A DNA stretch of 64,000 bases from Candidatus Eremiobacteria bacterium. GTDB taxonomy: Bacteria; Vulcanimicrobiota; Vulcanimicrobiia; Vulcanimicrobiales; Vulcanimicrobiaceae. The translations under genes were made by a program, and so were the position numbers. The stretch is from contig CAVTRC010000001.1 in assembly GCA_963737065.1 (NCBI GenBank), positions 352,001-416,000 on the forward strand. The letters are read 5' to 3'. Positions within the stretch are counted from its first letter, which is position 1. Each line of letters begins with the position of its first letter. Positions 10,608 through 19,982 of this stretch are shown in pieces. The notes under the pieces were generated by a model. That model did not search any database. It was given only the letters and a program-made list of their open reading frames with translations, and was not told where the DNA came from.

Positions 10608-11720
10608 TCAAACTTGATAACGCCGCGCGTCTGCGCGCTTCAACGTTAAACCGATTCCGGGCCGAGTCAAATCCGGCTCCAGTTTCCCATCGATGGGATC
10701 GCTTATGCCCTCGAACAACATGCGCTCGATGCGCGCGTGATCGTAGAAATACTCCATGTGGCGCAGCATTTTGCACGCGAGGGCCGCATGCAGTTGCAGG
10801 TGCGGCGCGCAATGTGTCGAGAGCGGCATCATCGCCGTCTGAGCGAGACCGTCGACGGCAAGCAATCCGCTGAAGCCGCCGCAGCGCGTCGCATCCGCTT
10901 GTAAACAATCAACGGTCTTCGCTTCGAGCATGCGCCAAAAATGATACAAGCCGTATCCATACTCGCCCGATGCAACGTCCATGCACGCCGGCGCCCGTTC
11001 GCGAATCTGCGAGAGCCCTTCAAAGTCCTGATGGTAGACCGGCTCTTCGAACCAGCTTACGCGCAGATCCGCAAATTTCTCGGCAAACTGCATCGCCTGC
11101 TTGCGCGAATAGGCGCCGTTCGCGTCGACGAACAACTCGGCGTCGTTGCCAATCGCACGCCGCGCTTCGGTAACGCGCTCCACGTCGCGCGAAGGCTCTC
11201 GTCCGATCTTCATCTTGACGCGCGGAATGCCCGACGCGACCCAGCCGCTTAGCTGATCGCGCAGCCGCTCGAGCGTATACGAAGTAAATCCACCACTCCC
11301 GTAGACCGGCGCCGCGCTGCGCGCATTTCCGAGCAACACGCAGACCGGCGCATCGAGCAATTTGCCTTTCAAATCCCAGAGCGCGACGTCGACAGCCGAG
11401 ATCGCCATCGACGTAATCCCATCGCGACCGAGATTGCGGATCTTCCCCTGCATGTCGGCAAATCGTTTGCCGGTTGCGAGTGCGTCCGCGCCCTTGAGCA
11501 GCTCGCGAAACTCAGAATGAATGACGCTCGCCGTCGCTTCGTCCGCGTACGTGAAGCCGATGCCGGTTTCACCGCCGGCCGTGACCTCGACGAAGACCAT
11601 CGTCGTCGCATCCCACACGGCGGTGCCGTCGGATTCCGGACCGCCGTCGGTTGGGATTCGAAAGACCGATACGTCGACCGCGTCGATTGCTGCTTCCGTG
11701 CGCGGCGTCGTCGCCGTCAC
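10608..11720 (-). CDS. Mandelate racemase/muconate lactonizing (enolase superfamily) enzyme
   Basis: SAVDVALWDL, KMK, DAN, EEP, GEY, STH; GTG start overlaps the upstream TGA. Confidence 0.9.
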   Translation of the reverse strand: MTATTPRTEAAIDAVDVSVFRIPTDGGPESDGTAVWDATTMVFVEVTAGGETGIGFTYADEATASVIHSEFRELLKGADALATGKRFADMQGKIRNLGRDGITSMAISAVDVALWDLKGKLLDAPVCVLLGNARSAAPVYGSGGFTSYTLERLRDQLSGWVASGIPRVKMKIGREPSRDVERVTEARRAIGNDAELFVDANGAYSRKQAMQFAEKFADLRVSWFEEPVYHQDFEGLSQIRERAPACMDVASGEYGYGLYHFWRMLEAKTVDCLQADATRCGGFSGLLAVDGLAQTAMMPLSTHCAPHLQLHAALACKMLRHMEYFYDHARIERMLFEGISDPIDGKLEPDLTRPGIGLTLKRADARRYQV

Positions 11721-13501
11721 GAACGATCCCCGGTCGGTACGACGGTTGCCATCACGCTCTTGATCGATTCCTTGATGATGTTGCCTTCGTCGGGATCGCC
11801 TTTGACGAGCGCCTCGAAGTACTTGTGCGCTTCTTCGAACGTGATGTGCGGTGGCAGTTGCGCGATATTTGCTGAAACGTGCGCATCGACGATCACCGGG
11901 CGATCGGAGGCAAACGCGCGCTCCCACCCACTGTCGACGTCGTCGGGGCTCTCCATCCGAATCCCGAGGAATCCGAGCTGCTGCGCGTACGCCGCGTAAT
12001 CAAACGGCGGCAAGTCCTGCGATGCATCGAACTTGGGATCGCCGCTCATAATTCGCATCTCCCACGTCACCTGATTGAGATCCGAGTTGTTGAGCACGAG
12101 GAAAATGACACGCGGATCGGTCCACTCTTTCCAGTATTTCGCGACCGTCAGCATCTCGGCATTCCCGTTCATCTGCATCGCGCCGTCGCCGGTGCACGCG
12201 ATTGCGACGCGACCCGGATACGCGAACTTCGCAGCGATAGCGTACGGGACGGCTGCACCCATCGTCGCGAGTCCGCCGGAGAGCGAACCCTTCATGCCGC
12301 GGCGCATCATAATGTTGCGCGCGTACCAATTCGTGGCCGTGCCTGCATCGCCGCTGAGGATCGCGTCATCGGGCAAATGATCGTTGAGCGACGTGAATAC
12401 CAATTGCGGGTTGATCGGATCCGCGGTCACGTGCGAGCGCGCCGTTTCGTCCTCGTGCCACTTCTTCTTTGTCTTTTCGAGCCGGTTGCGCCACGAGTGG
12501 TGCGTCTTCGTTTCAAGCAGCGGCAGTAGTGCGCGCAGCGTTGCGGCTGCATCGCCGACCAAGTTCAATTCCGTCGGATAGCGTAAGCCCAGGTTCTTCG
12601 GCTCGATGTCAATCTGGATACCGCGTGCATGACCTTCCTTCGGCAAGAATTCCGCATACGGAAACGACGTGCCGACCATTAGGAGCGTGTCGCAATGTTC
12701 CATCATGTCAAAACTCGTCAACGTGCCAAGCAGTCCGATGGTGCCGGTTACGAACGGTAGATCATCCGGCACCGCAGCTTTTCCAAGTAGTGCCTTCGCA
12801 ACGCCGGCGCCGAGTCGTTCTGCAACGGCGATTACCTCATCGGTCGCATTCAAACATCCCGCGCCGACCAGCATCGCGACGCGCTCGCCCGCGTTGAGAA
12901 TATCCGCTGCAGCGCGCAACGCCTCGGGCGGCGGAACGGTCACTCCGAGCGTGATGCCGGGGCTCGAATGAATCGTGTTGTGTTTGTGCGGCGGATTGGA
13001 ATACTTCTCTTCTTGGATGTCTTTCGGCAGCACGATTGCCGCCACGCCGCGATGTCCGATCGCCGTACGAAATGCGCGATCGGTGATGTGCCGAACCGCA
13101 ATGGGACTCGAAGCGGTGTAAACGTAGTCGCACACATCTTCGAAGAGTTGTTGAAGGTCGACTTCCTGCTGGTACGAACCGCCGAGCGCCGTCGTTGCCG
13201 CTTGCCCGACGACTGCTACCACGGGAACGTGGTCCATCTTCGCGTCGTACAGTCCGTTCATGAGGTGGATGGCGCCCGGACCCGACGTCGCCATGCATAC
13301 GCCTACTTCGCCGGTGTACTTGGCGTGCGCACACGCCATGAACGCCGCCATTTCTTCGTGCCGAACTTGGATAAACTGAATTTTTCCGTCGATGCGCTGC
13401 AAGGCGCCAAGCACGCCGTTGATTCCATCGCCGGGATAACCATAAATACGTGTGACGCCCCAGTCCATCAGACGGCGCATCAAAAAGTCGCTCGCGTTCA
13501 T
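11717..13501 (-). CDS. Thiamine pyrophosphate-requiring enzyme (pyruvate oxidase/PoxB-like)
   Basis: YPGDGIN, RHEE, SGPGA, GDGAMQM...LNN TPP motif. Confidence 0.93.
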   Translation of the reverse strand: MNASDFLMRRLMDWGVTRIYGYPGDGINGVLGALQRIDGKIQFIQVRHEEMAAFMACAHAKYTGEVGVCMATSGPGAIHLMNGLYDAKMDHVPVVAVVGQAATTALGGSYQQEVDLQQLFEDVCDYVYTASSPIAVRHITDRAFRTAIGHRGVAAIVLPKDIQEEKYSNPPHKHNTIHSSPGITLGVTVPPPEALRAAADILNAGERVAMLVGAGCLNATDEVIAVAERLGAGVAKALLGKAAVPDDLPFVTGTIGLLGTLTSFDMMEHCDTLLMVGTSFPYAEFLPKEGHARGIQIDIEPKNLGLRYPTELNLVGDAAATLRALLPLLETKTHHSWRNRLEKTKKKWHEDETARSHVTADPINPQLVFTSLNDHLPDDAILSGDAGTATNWYARNIMMRRGMKGSLSGGLATMGAAVPYAIAAKFAYPGRVAIACTGDGAMQMNGNAEMLTVAKYWKEWTDPRVIFLVLNNSDLNQVTWEMRIMSGDPKFDASQDLPPFDYAAYAQQLGFLGIRMESPDDVDSGWERAFASDRPVIVDAHVSANIAQLPPHITFEEAHKYFEALVKGDPDEGNIIKESIKSVMATVVPTGDRS

Positions 13502-13510
13502 GTTTCTGTT

Positions 13511-13537
13511 CTACCCGCCGCGACTTTAAGAAGAAAC
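13511..13537 (-). promoter_or_regulatory. SigB/SigF-like promoter of the 8-gene operon
   Basis: Minus strand GTTT-N17-GGGTAG, 9 nt before ATG 13501. Confidence 0.55.
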
Positions 13538-13713
13538 AGATGACGCGCATCACTACGTGCACGCTTGCACGTTAGACCAGCGCGCGAACCTTGCAAGCGG
13601 TACGCTACGCAACGAGCATGCGCGCGTCAGCCGTTCACTGACACATCGTTCATCGTGATTTGCGCCCATTCGAGCGGCGTTGGCGCGTGATGAATATCGC
13701 GCACATCGCTCGG

Positions 13714-15084
13714 TTAGCTGCAGCCGTTTGCGGTCGTAAACAGCACGTATGCTTTTGCTCCGCCGACCGGCAGCAAACTCGTGATCGGCGCACCCATGAG
13801 ATCGGTATACGTGTGGCTCGGGAGCGTGATACGTTGCGTTCCGGCACCTCCATCGTTTGCAATGACGAACCCGTGCGTATACCGGCGATAGAACAGGTGT
13901 CCACTCGTTGCGTAGGCCGCACACGCGCTGCCGATGCGCGAATTGACCGTCGCGTACTGCGAGAAATACGACGGCAATCCGTACGGACCGCTCGTCACGA
14001 AAAACGCAGCGCGCCCGTCCGTGCCGAGCAGATCGGTTGCGATCGCCCACGCGAGTTGCGCGCTTGTGATGCCGGCCGTCGGCGTTCCGCTCCGGCTCGC
14101 CCCAAATTTGTCGATCGCCAAGAACGCCGGACCATGCGACTGCACGAACGTCATGTACCGCAACGTCGCGCCGAGCAGCGTCGGGTTTGTTGTATATTTC
14201 CCGTAGTCCGTGAAACCATCCTCATCGAGCTCCATATCGGCGTTGCTCATCAGCACGGCTTCATTTGCGGACGATGGATTGCCCAACGGATGATTGATCG
14301 CGAGCTTCACGTGGTGCGGTGCGAGAACCGGATCCGTCGTGAGAATGTGCTTCGCAACCTTCACCCAATTGGCGACATCGGTCGCCCACTTCGGATCGTA
14401 GTTCGGAAAGCCGGTCGTCGACGAACCCCATCTGCGCTCGAACTTCGTAAAATTCGGCCCCGCGTAGACGCCGCAACCGAACCATCCGGGTTCTTGATTC
14501 CCATCGTAGTCGAAGAACACCGTTTGATCGCTGCCGATCGCGTTGTTCTTGCGGCTGATCGCAGCGTTTGCTGCAAGATGAATTTGGTAGCTGATTACAT
14601 CAGGATTGCTGATATCGAGCGGAACGCCGGTCAGCCCCGGCTGAAACGCCACGGTTTTCGTGGGACGATTGCTCGTGTCGCAATCGTACACGACCCAACT
14701 CGGATGGTTGGCGGTAAACCAGCTGATGTTTTTGCCTGACAGCGACGGATCATCGACACCCTGATAAAAATAGAGGATGTTGGTCAAACTCGGGTTCGCC
14801 GCTTGCCATTGCGCCGCCGTTGGACCATGGACTCCGCTTCCACCGCCCCAAAGATACGTGATTTGCTTTGCCGCCGTTGGAACTTGCGAGGGCGTCATTG
14901 AGAAGTCGAACACCTGAAGTAAGCGCAGTGCCGGTACCGGCGCCGGCGTTGCTTCGCTTACGAACTCCGCACTCGGTGCGCGGGGCTCGTGCGCGGACGG
15001 CACCGGGGCCGGGCCACCGGAACACGCGGCAAACGCAAGCAAAATGACGCAAAGCCAGAACGGTTGCAACACAATACGCTTCAT
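13714..15084 (-). CDS. Lipoprotein, putative glycoside hydrolase (GHL15-like TIM barrel)
   Basis: Lipobox FAAC, GGAGG RBS, DISNP, DEDGF, C-terminal YRRYTHGFVIAN. Confidence 0.6.
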   Translation of the reverse strand: MKRIVLQPFWLCVILLAFAACSGGPAPVPSAHEPRAPSAEFVSEATPAPVPALRLLQVFDFSMTPSQVPTAAKQITYLWGGGSGVHGPTAAQWQAANPSLTNILYFYQGVDDPSLSGKNISWFTANHPSWVVYDCDTSNRPTKTVAFQPGLTGVPLDISNPDVISYQIHLAANAAISRKNNAIGSDQTVFFDYDGNQEPGWFGCGVYAGPNFTKFERRWGSSTTGFPNYDPKWATDVANWVKVAKHILTTDPVLAPHHVKLAINHPLGNPSSANEAVLMSNADMELDEDGFTDYGKYTTNPTLLGATLRYMTFVQSHGPAFLAIDKFGASRSGTPTAGITSAQLAWAIATDLLGTDGRAAFFVTSGPYGLPSYFSQYATVNSRIGSACAAYATSGHLFYRRYTHGFVIANDGGAGTQRITLPSHTYTDLMGAPITSLLPVGGAKAYVLFTTANGCS

Positions 15085-15278
15085 TGCAGCACCTCCGCAA
15101 CGAGGCTACCTCGCCGTAGGCTGCAGTTCCATTTACCTCCGGTAATGTTTCGCACCGTTCTTTTACGAAGTCTTTTGCGAAAACGGCGTTCGTTACCAAC
15201 GGTGCCGAGGCCGTGCAAGCGTGTTTGACTGTTCCGGCGGCGGTAATAACTGCAGTCTCTACCGTTCCTGGAGGCATC

Positions 15279-16034
15279 ATGCAAGACCGTTCCACCACCA
15301 TCTACTTTTCCAACGACGACGATGCACGCGACGCGATGCGGGAATTGGAAACGAGCGGATACTCGAACGCGAGCATGCGTCTTGAACGCGCCGACGGCGA
15401 GCACGAGTCGGGCACGTTCATGGATAAGGTCAAAGAATTTTTTGGCGCGGCACCGCCAACCGATAGTTCGGTGAACGGCGTCTTCCTCGTTATCGACCGG
15501 CTGGACGCGGAGGCGGTCAACGTCTTACGCCGTTACGGCGGCCAATTCAACGAACCTCCGACCGGCGCTACGGACATCGCGAGCCCGACGTCAAGAATTG
15601 CTACGGACGCGACTACCGGCGACACCGATGAACAACGGTTGCGGCTGCATGAAGAGCGTCTGCAGATCGAAAAAGAGGCGCAGCAGCAGGGCGAATTCCG
15701 CGTACGCAAAGAGGTCGTCACCGAGACGCAACAGGTCGATGTCCCGGTCAGCCACGACGAGATTTATGTCGAGCGGCGCCCCGTTACCGGAAGCGATACC
15801 GGCACCGATGCGGCGACGATCAACGAAGAAGGCGAGATTCGCATACCGCTGACACGCGAGGAAGTGCATGTCGAGAAGAGACCCGTGACAACGGAAGAAA
15901 TCGTCGTCGGCAAGCAGCGCGTCACCGAAACACAAACCGTCGGAGCCGACGTTCGAAAAGAACGTGCGCGGATCGAGAGCGACGTCGACGTGGATTCCGC
16001 GAACGTGCGCGACAAGCTCAACGATAATCCGTAA
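15279..16034 (+). CDS. YsnF/AvaK (DUF2382) stress protein
   Basis: LRLHEERLQIEK, RVRKEV, VPVSHDEIYVERRPV, IRIPLTREE; GGAGG RBS. Confidence 0.92.
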   Translation: MQDRSTTIYFSNDDDARDAMRELETSGYSNASMRLERADGEHESGTFMDKVKEFFGAAPPTDSSVNGVFLVIDRLDAEAVNVLRRYGGQFNEPPTGATDIASPTSRIATDATTGDTDEQRLRLHEERLQIEKEAQQQGEFRVRKEVVTETQQVDVPVSHDEIYVERRPVTGSDTGTDAATINEEGEIRIPLTREEVHVEKRPVTTEEIVVGKQRVTETQTVGADVRKERARIESDVDVDSANVRDKLNDNP

Positions 16035-16458
16035 ACGAGTGGCAGTAGCGGAGTAAGTCAGGATCACAGTGATTGTCTGCGAACCAGCGTTGCAGAAATG
16101 CGATGCTGGTGTCGTAGGCTTTCACTTCGTCGTCTCCGCGGCTCTTTGGCGTGTCGGGTTTCTTACCTACGGGCTCGGGGCGATGCTCGCACGTCGCTCG
16201 GTGCACTGCCTCGTGCGTCTCAATGCCGTCCCGTATGACGCCGTGAGGGCGCATGGCTTCCCAGTACAAGGTTGTGTCGCACATTTGCACGTCGGTGAAG
16301 GCGAGTTTCATTACATCGTTCTTTCCGTTTGAAGCAGCCTTCCCAGCGGATTTCGGCGATTTAACGCGGTTTGAACCATCGCTAGAGAAGCCGGGGATAC
16401 CGGAAAGGGACTGGATCTGCGCAAGAACCGCAAGCGTCAGCGTGGACGATGCCACCAT
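16018..16458 (-). CDS. Hypothetical protein with HExxH motif (possible zincin-like)
   Basis: GAGGAG upstream; HEAVH followed by DEVKAY. Confidence 0.45.
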   Translation of the reverse strand: MVASSTLTLAVLAQIQSLSGIPGFSSDGSNRVKSPKSAGKAASNGKNDVMKLAFTDVQMCDTTLYWEAMRPHGVIRDGIETHEAVHRATCEHRPEPVGKKPDTPKSRGDDEVKAYDTSIAFLQRWFADNHCDPDLLRYCHSFTDYR

Positions 16459-16632
16459 ACCATCCACTCCTCTAGTACACAGCGTAGCAACGCGGCGTCC
16501 GGAAGGCGTGCGTTCTCGCAATGTGGGCGGCCGCACGGCAGCACGATTGAACGATGCGCCCTGCGCCCGAGATGGCTCAATCGCGTGCTGACGAACAGCT
16601 AAGGCATTACCGCACCCGTGCTCCGACGTCGT

Positions 16633-16935
16633 ATGGTCAGAGAGCTTTACATCCACGAGATCAACGTCCCAGACGCTTCGGCGCGCGTCGAAATCGATGC
16701 GAACGTACCGGTGTTTCTTCTGACGTTTACTGCGTGCGCGACGTATCTTTTCGGCGGCCCGCTGGTCGCAATCAGAGGACCCTACGAGCAACGCCATATC
16801 GTCCTCGAACCGAAACAAAGCGGCTCATGGTATCTCGCCGGCTCGAGCCCTGGGAACGGAAAGTACCGATTGGTACTGAGTGAGCGCACAACCGATTGGG
16901 ATGAGTTCTATTTGAAAGTCTGCGGTTTCGGATAG
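16633..16935 (+). CDS. Hypothetical small protein, weakly DUF1883-like
   Basis: Beta-rich with VFLL...Y..GG...P..SGSWYL pattern; resemblance from memory only. Confidence 0.35.
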   Translation: MVRELYIHEINVPDASARVEIDANVPVFLLTFTACATYLFGGPLVAIRGPYEQRHIVLEPKQSGSWYLAGSSPGNGKYRLVLSERTTDWDEFYLKVCGFG

Positions 16936-16984
16936 GGCGACGTAATGGGTAGAATCTTGAGGTCCATCCGCGGAGGTCTTTTGC

Positions 16985-17512
16985 ATGAACGAGAGTGGCA
17001 ATCGCAGCAGTGAGCGTGGAAGCGTCGAACCGCGACGAAGCGGCATGCTCGGCCTGGGAAACCTTTTCGATATCGATCCGTTCCGCGCGTTTTTTCCCGG
17101 TAACTGGAATCAAACGCTCGGGATGAACGTGACGCGTCGAGAGAACGGATATGAGATCGAGATGCCGGTCCCCGGTTTCCGCCCGGAAGATCTTGACGTG
17201 AGTTACCAAGACGGCGTCATCACGGTAAGCGGACGCAACGATCGGCGAACGTTTACCCGATCGCTCACCGTTCCCGACGACATCGACGAGGAAAACATTC
17301 AAGCAACGGTCGAGCACGGAATGTTGGTATTGACGCTGAGTGAAACACCGCAGAAACAGGCTCGCCGGATTCCCGTTTCAACAGGCGCCGCAGGGACGCA
17401 GCCGAGCGGCGGTTCACAAACGTCGCAAACGACGACGGGAACAGCCGGGACCGACAGCGGCGCAACGACGACGAGCAGCTCGGGAACGTCGCGCTCGAGC
17501 GGTACCAGCTAA
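16985..17512 (+). CDS. Hsp20/alpha-crystallin protein with Thr/Ser/Gly-rich tail
   Basis: VPGFRPEDLDV, FTRSLTVP, ATVEHGMLVL, IPV motif; GGAGG RBS. Confidence 0.93.
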   Translation: MNESGNRSSERGSVEPRRSGMLGLGNLFDIDPFRAFFPGNWNQTLGMNVTRRENGYEIEMPVPGFRPEDLDVSYQDGVITVSGRNDRRTFTRSLTVPDDIDEENIQATVEHGMLVLTLSETPQKQARRIPVSTGAAGTQPSGGSQTSQTTTGTAGTDSGATTTSSSGTSRSSGTS

Positions 17513-17520
17513 CACGTGAG

Positions 17521-17545
17521 AAGGCCCGATACATCGGGCCTTTTT
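17521..17545 (+). terminator. Rho-independent terminator after hsp20
   Basis: AAGGCCCGAT-ac-ATCGGGCCTT followed by TTT. Confidence 0.8.
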
Positions 17546-18266
17546 ACGAACGTCTGGCCTTGTCGTCCGTGGTCGAGGTGCCAATGCTGCGAACGAATAG
17601 CACGAGCAATCCGATACCGAATAGCCATGCCACCAAACCTTCGGCGACCGGTCCGATGTGCGCGAGCGGTACGCCGCCGGCATCGATACTATACGGTTGA
17701 TCGGATTGCGTCTGCACGTAGTTGATGTAGCGCGCGATGTCGCTGACATCTTGGTCGCTCAACACGTCAGGCCCAAAGCGCGGCATGATCTCGGGTCCCG
17801 AGCGAATCGCTTCGGCAACTTGAAATACCGTCGCATTCATCAACGACGGCGCAACGTTGTCGTACCCGACCGATGCTCCATTGCCGACGGCGCCGTGACA
17901 ATGCGCACAGTTCTCGTTGAAGAGCGCGCGCCCGTGCGCAATATTTCCCGGCAGAATCGTTGGAAGTCTCGAATCGGACGAGCCGTGCGTGAAGGACTGC
18001 ACGTACCTGACGATCGCGGTCATTTGCGGGAACGTAAACCGCGGTGCTTTATGGATCTCGTTGATATACGGCACCGCGGCCGGCATGCGCCCCGTATCGA
18101 GCATCAAATGGATGTCTGCCGCGGACTTGCCGATAAGCGGCGGCGCGACGGCGGACCCTTGACCGCGCTCACCGTGACACGACGAACAATGCGTCATGTA
18201 TAACGTCTGTCCGTCATTCGGCAAGCCTTGCACTGCCAGTACGAGCGCGATCGCGGCCAAGATCAT
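17544..18266 (-). CDS. Diheme c-type cytochrome, QcrC-like
   Basis: Signal peptide, CSSCH and CAHCH, TGRMP, EAIRSGP..MP.F, C-terminal GPVAEGL TM helix as in actinobacterial QcrC. Confidence 0.85.
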   Translation of the reverse strand: MILAAIALVLAVQGLPNDGQTLYMTHCSSCHGERGQGSAVAPPLIGKSAADIHLMLDTGRMPAAVPYINEIHKAPRFTFPQMTAIVRYVQSFTHGSSDSRLPTILPGNIAHGRALFNENCAHCHGAVGNGASVGYDNVAPSLMNATVFQVAEAIRSGPEIMPRFGPDVLSDQDVSDIARYINYVQTQSDQPYSIDAGGVPLAHIGPVAEGLVAWLFGIGLLVLFVRSIGTSTTDDKARRS

Positions 18267-18318
18267 CGTAAAAACAGCGTTCCCCAATTGTGGGTAAAAC
18301 GCACGTGCAGGAGGAGCC

Positions 18319-18669
18319 ATGCCACGTCGTCTCTGCGCGGGCCTTGCATTGATCGCCATCGCATTGTGCGGATGCGCGCCGGCGGTCGCCGAAAAAACCG
18401 ACACGAGCATCGGAACGTCGACGACGCTCGGCGGTGATGCAAAGATCGGCGCACAACTCTACAAAAGCAATTGCGCTACGTGCCATGGCCCAACCGGCGT
18501 GGAAGGCGGCGTCATCGGCCCCTCACTACGCAACGAAAGATCGCGCATGGACTTCGCGACAACGGACTCGTGGATCAAAGACCCCGAACCGCCCATGCCG
18601 AAACTCTATCCGCAATCACTAACCGACACCCAAGTCCGCGACCTAACCGCGTACGTTCAGACGCTCTAA
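18319..18669 (+). CDS. Monoheme cytochrome c lipoprotein
   Basis: AGGAG RBS, lipobox LCGC, CATCH, GPSL, distal Met in PMP. Confidence 0.88.
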   Translation: MPRRLCAGLALIAIALCGCAPAVAEKTDTSIGTSTTLGGDAKIGAQLYKSNCATCHGPTGVEGGVIGPSLRNERSRMDFATTDSWIKDPEPPMPKLYPQSLTDTQVRDLTAYVQTL

Positions 18670-18672
18670 CGT

Positions 18673-19236
18673 TCACACGCGCGTTAATCGGATGTCAACC
18701 TCACGGTCGACATAGCGCCACTCCGTGCTCTCGCGCAGGCGCCGAACAAGCACTTCGAACGCATCACTCTGTTCCGGCGCATATTGAAACCAAGTAAGGA
18801 AATCGAACGGCTCGCGAACATCGCGGCTGTGGTATAGGCGACGCGCGATGGCCGGCAGATATTCCGAACCGATTTCTATGTGGTGCGATCGCTCTTCGAA
18901 AATCGCGCGCCGCTCATCCTGAGCGAGCTTCCACCATGCCTCGTTCTTTCGAATCGGAATCAGAGCAGCTCGCGTCGCTTCGGCGTGTGGCAAGGCGTGC
19001 GTACGTTGCGCAAGCGAAGTGGCTTCCGCGCGCGTCGTATAACGAACGTTGCTCGTAACGCCTCGCAAGCTCCAGCGCGAGTCCCGGCCGGTAGGACACG
19101 GTAGGTCTTCCACTACGTCAAGCCGGTCAGCGAGTGGAAGGCCCTCACCGACAACTGCACTGATTCGTTCGATGCACCACGTGCCGTGATTACCGGCGAT
19201 GAAGCTAACCGCGAAAACCGACGCCGGCTCTTGCAT
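18673..19236 (-). CDS. cld: Chlorite dismutase, short clade-2 type
   Basis: SNVRY, LIPIRK..WW, SHH (proximal His), ARRLYHSRD (distal Arg), FDFLTWF, EWRYVDRE; 187 aa. Confidence 0.88.
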   Translation of the reverse strand: MQEPASVFAVSFIAGNHGTWCIERISAVVGEGLPLADRLDVVEDLPCPTGRDSRWSLRGVTSNVRYTTRAEATSLAQRTHALPHAEATRAALIPIRKNEAWWKLAQDERRAIFEERSHHIEIGSEYLPAIARRLYHSRDVREPFDFLTWFQYAPEQSDAFEVLVRRLRESTEWRYVDREVDIRLTRV

Positions 19237-19354
19237 ACTGCTATACGTTGGTTCAGGTTAGAGTGAACCCTTCGAGTCGCCGACACTTCCAGCGAGCGTG
19301 AGCGAGAACCAAGCCGCTCGATGAGCGTAACGCGAGGTTAAGGAGAAGTGTCGC

Positions 19355-19846
19355 ATGTCACAGCGACGTGTATCTCACGTTCTACGGAGCATGCATACGC
19401 CGCCGCCCGCCTATGTGTCGCGCGCTTGCGCAGCACCGCATCACCGCGAATTCGATTATTTTCTCGGAAACTTCATCGTGTTCAATAGAGCGGGAAAGCA
19501 AATCGGAACCGACGAGGTGACATCCGAGATGGATGGTTGTGCGCTGCTCGAACACTGGCACGGCCATACCGTTCAAGGCGTCGGCTATTCCGGCTACGAC
19601 GACACGCGCAAACAATGGCTGCAAACGTTCTTCCAGAACGACGGAACCGTATTGATCTTCCGCGGAAATATGACGAGCGACGGCATGCTGATCTCAGGCG
19701 TCGACTATCCGAAACGCGGCGTAACCGAGCAGAATCGCGTCTTATTCCGGCGCCTTTCGAACGGCTTCGAAGAATACTGGACGGCATCGACCGACAATGG
19801 TCGAACCTGGCACGTCGTCTTTGACGGCTTCTTTCGTCGCCGCTGA
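19355..19846 (+). CDS. Hypothetical beta-barrel protein (DUF1579-like)
   Basis: AGGAG RBS; EFDYFLG, YD....W, STDNGRTW. Confidence 0.7.
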   Translation: MSQRRVSHVLRSMHTPPPAYVSRACAAPHHREFDYFLGNFIVFNRAGKQIGTDEVTSEMDGCALLEHWHGHTVQGVGYSGYDDTRKQWLQTFFQNDGTVLIFRGNMTSDGMLISGVDYPKRGVTEQNRVLFRRLSNGFEEYWTASTDNGRTWHVVFDGFFRRR

Positions 19847-19982
19847 GCTCTTCGTTCTCCTCACGTTCCGCAGTTGTCCAGGACAAACCACGACGTGTTA
19901 TTCCGCAAGCGGCGGGTATACCGAGCATGCCGGCGTTCCGGCAGTTTCACACTCCGCGCACTGGATAAGGATTTTGGAAACT

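Noticed and set aside
3341..14739. Long plus-strand ORFs (e.g. 3341-4363, 8213-9427, 13660-14739)
   Set aside because: Antisense shadows of motif-bearing genes, expected at high GC.
18673..19236. Perchlorate respiration island
   Set aside because: No pcr/clr reductase genes in the window; Cld is the short clade-2 type.
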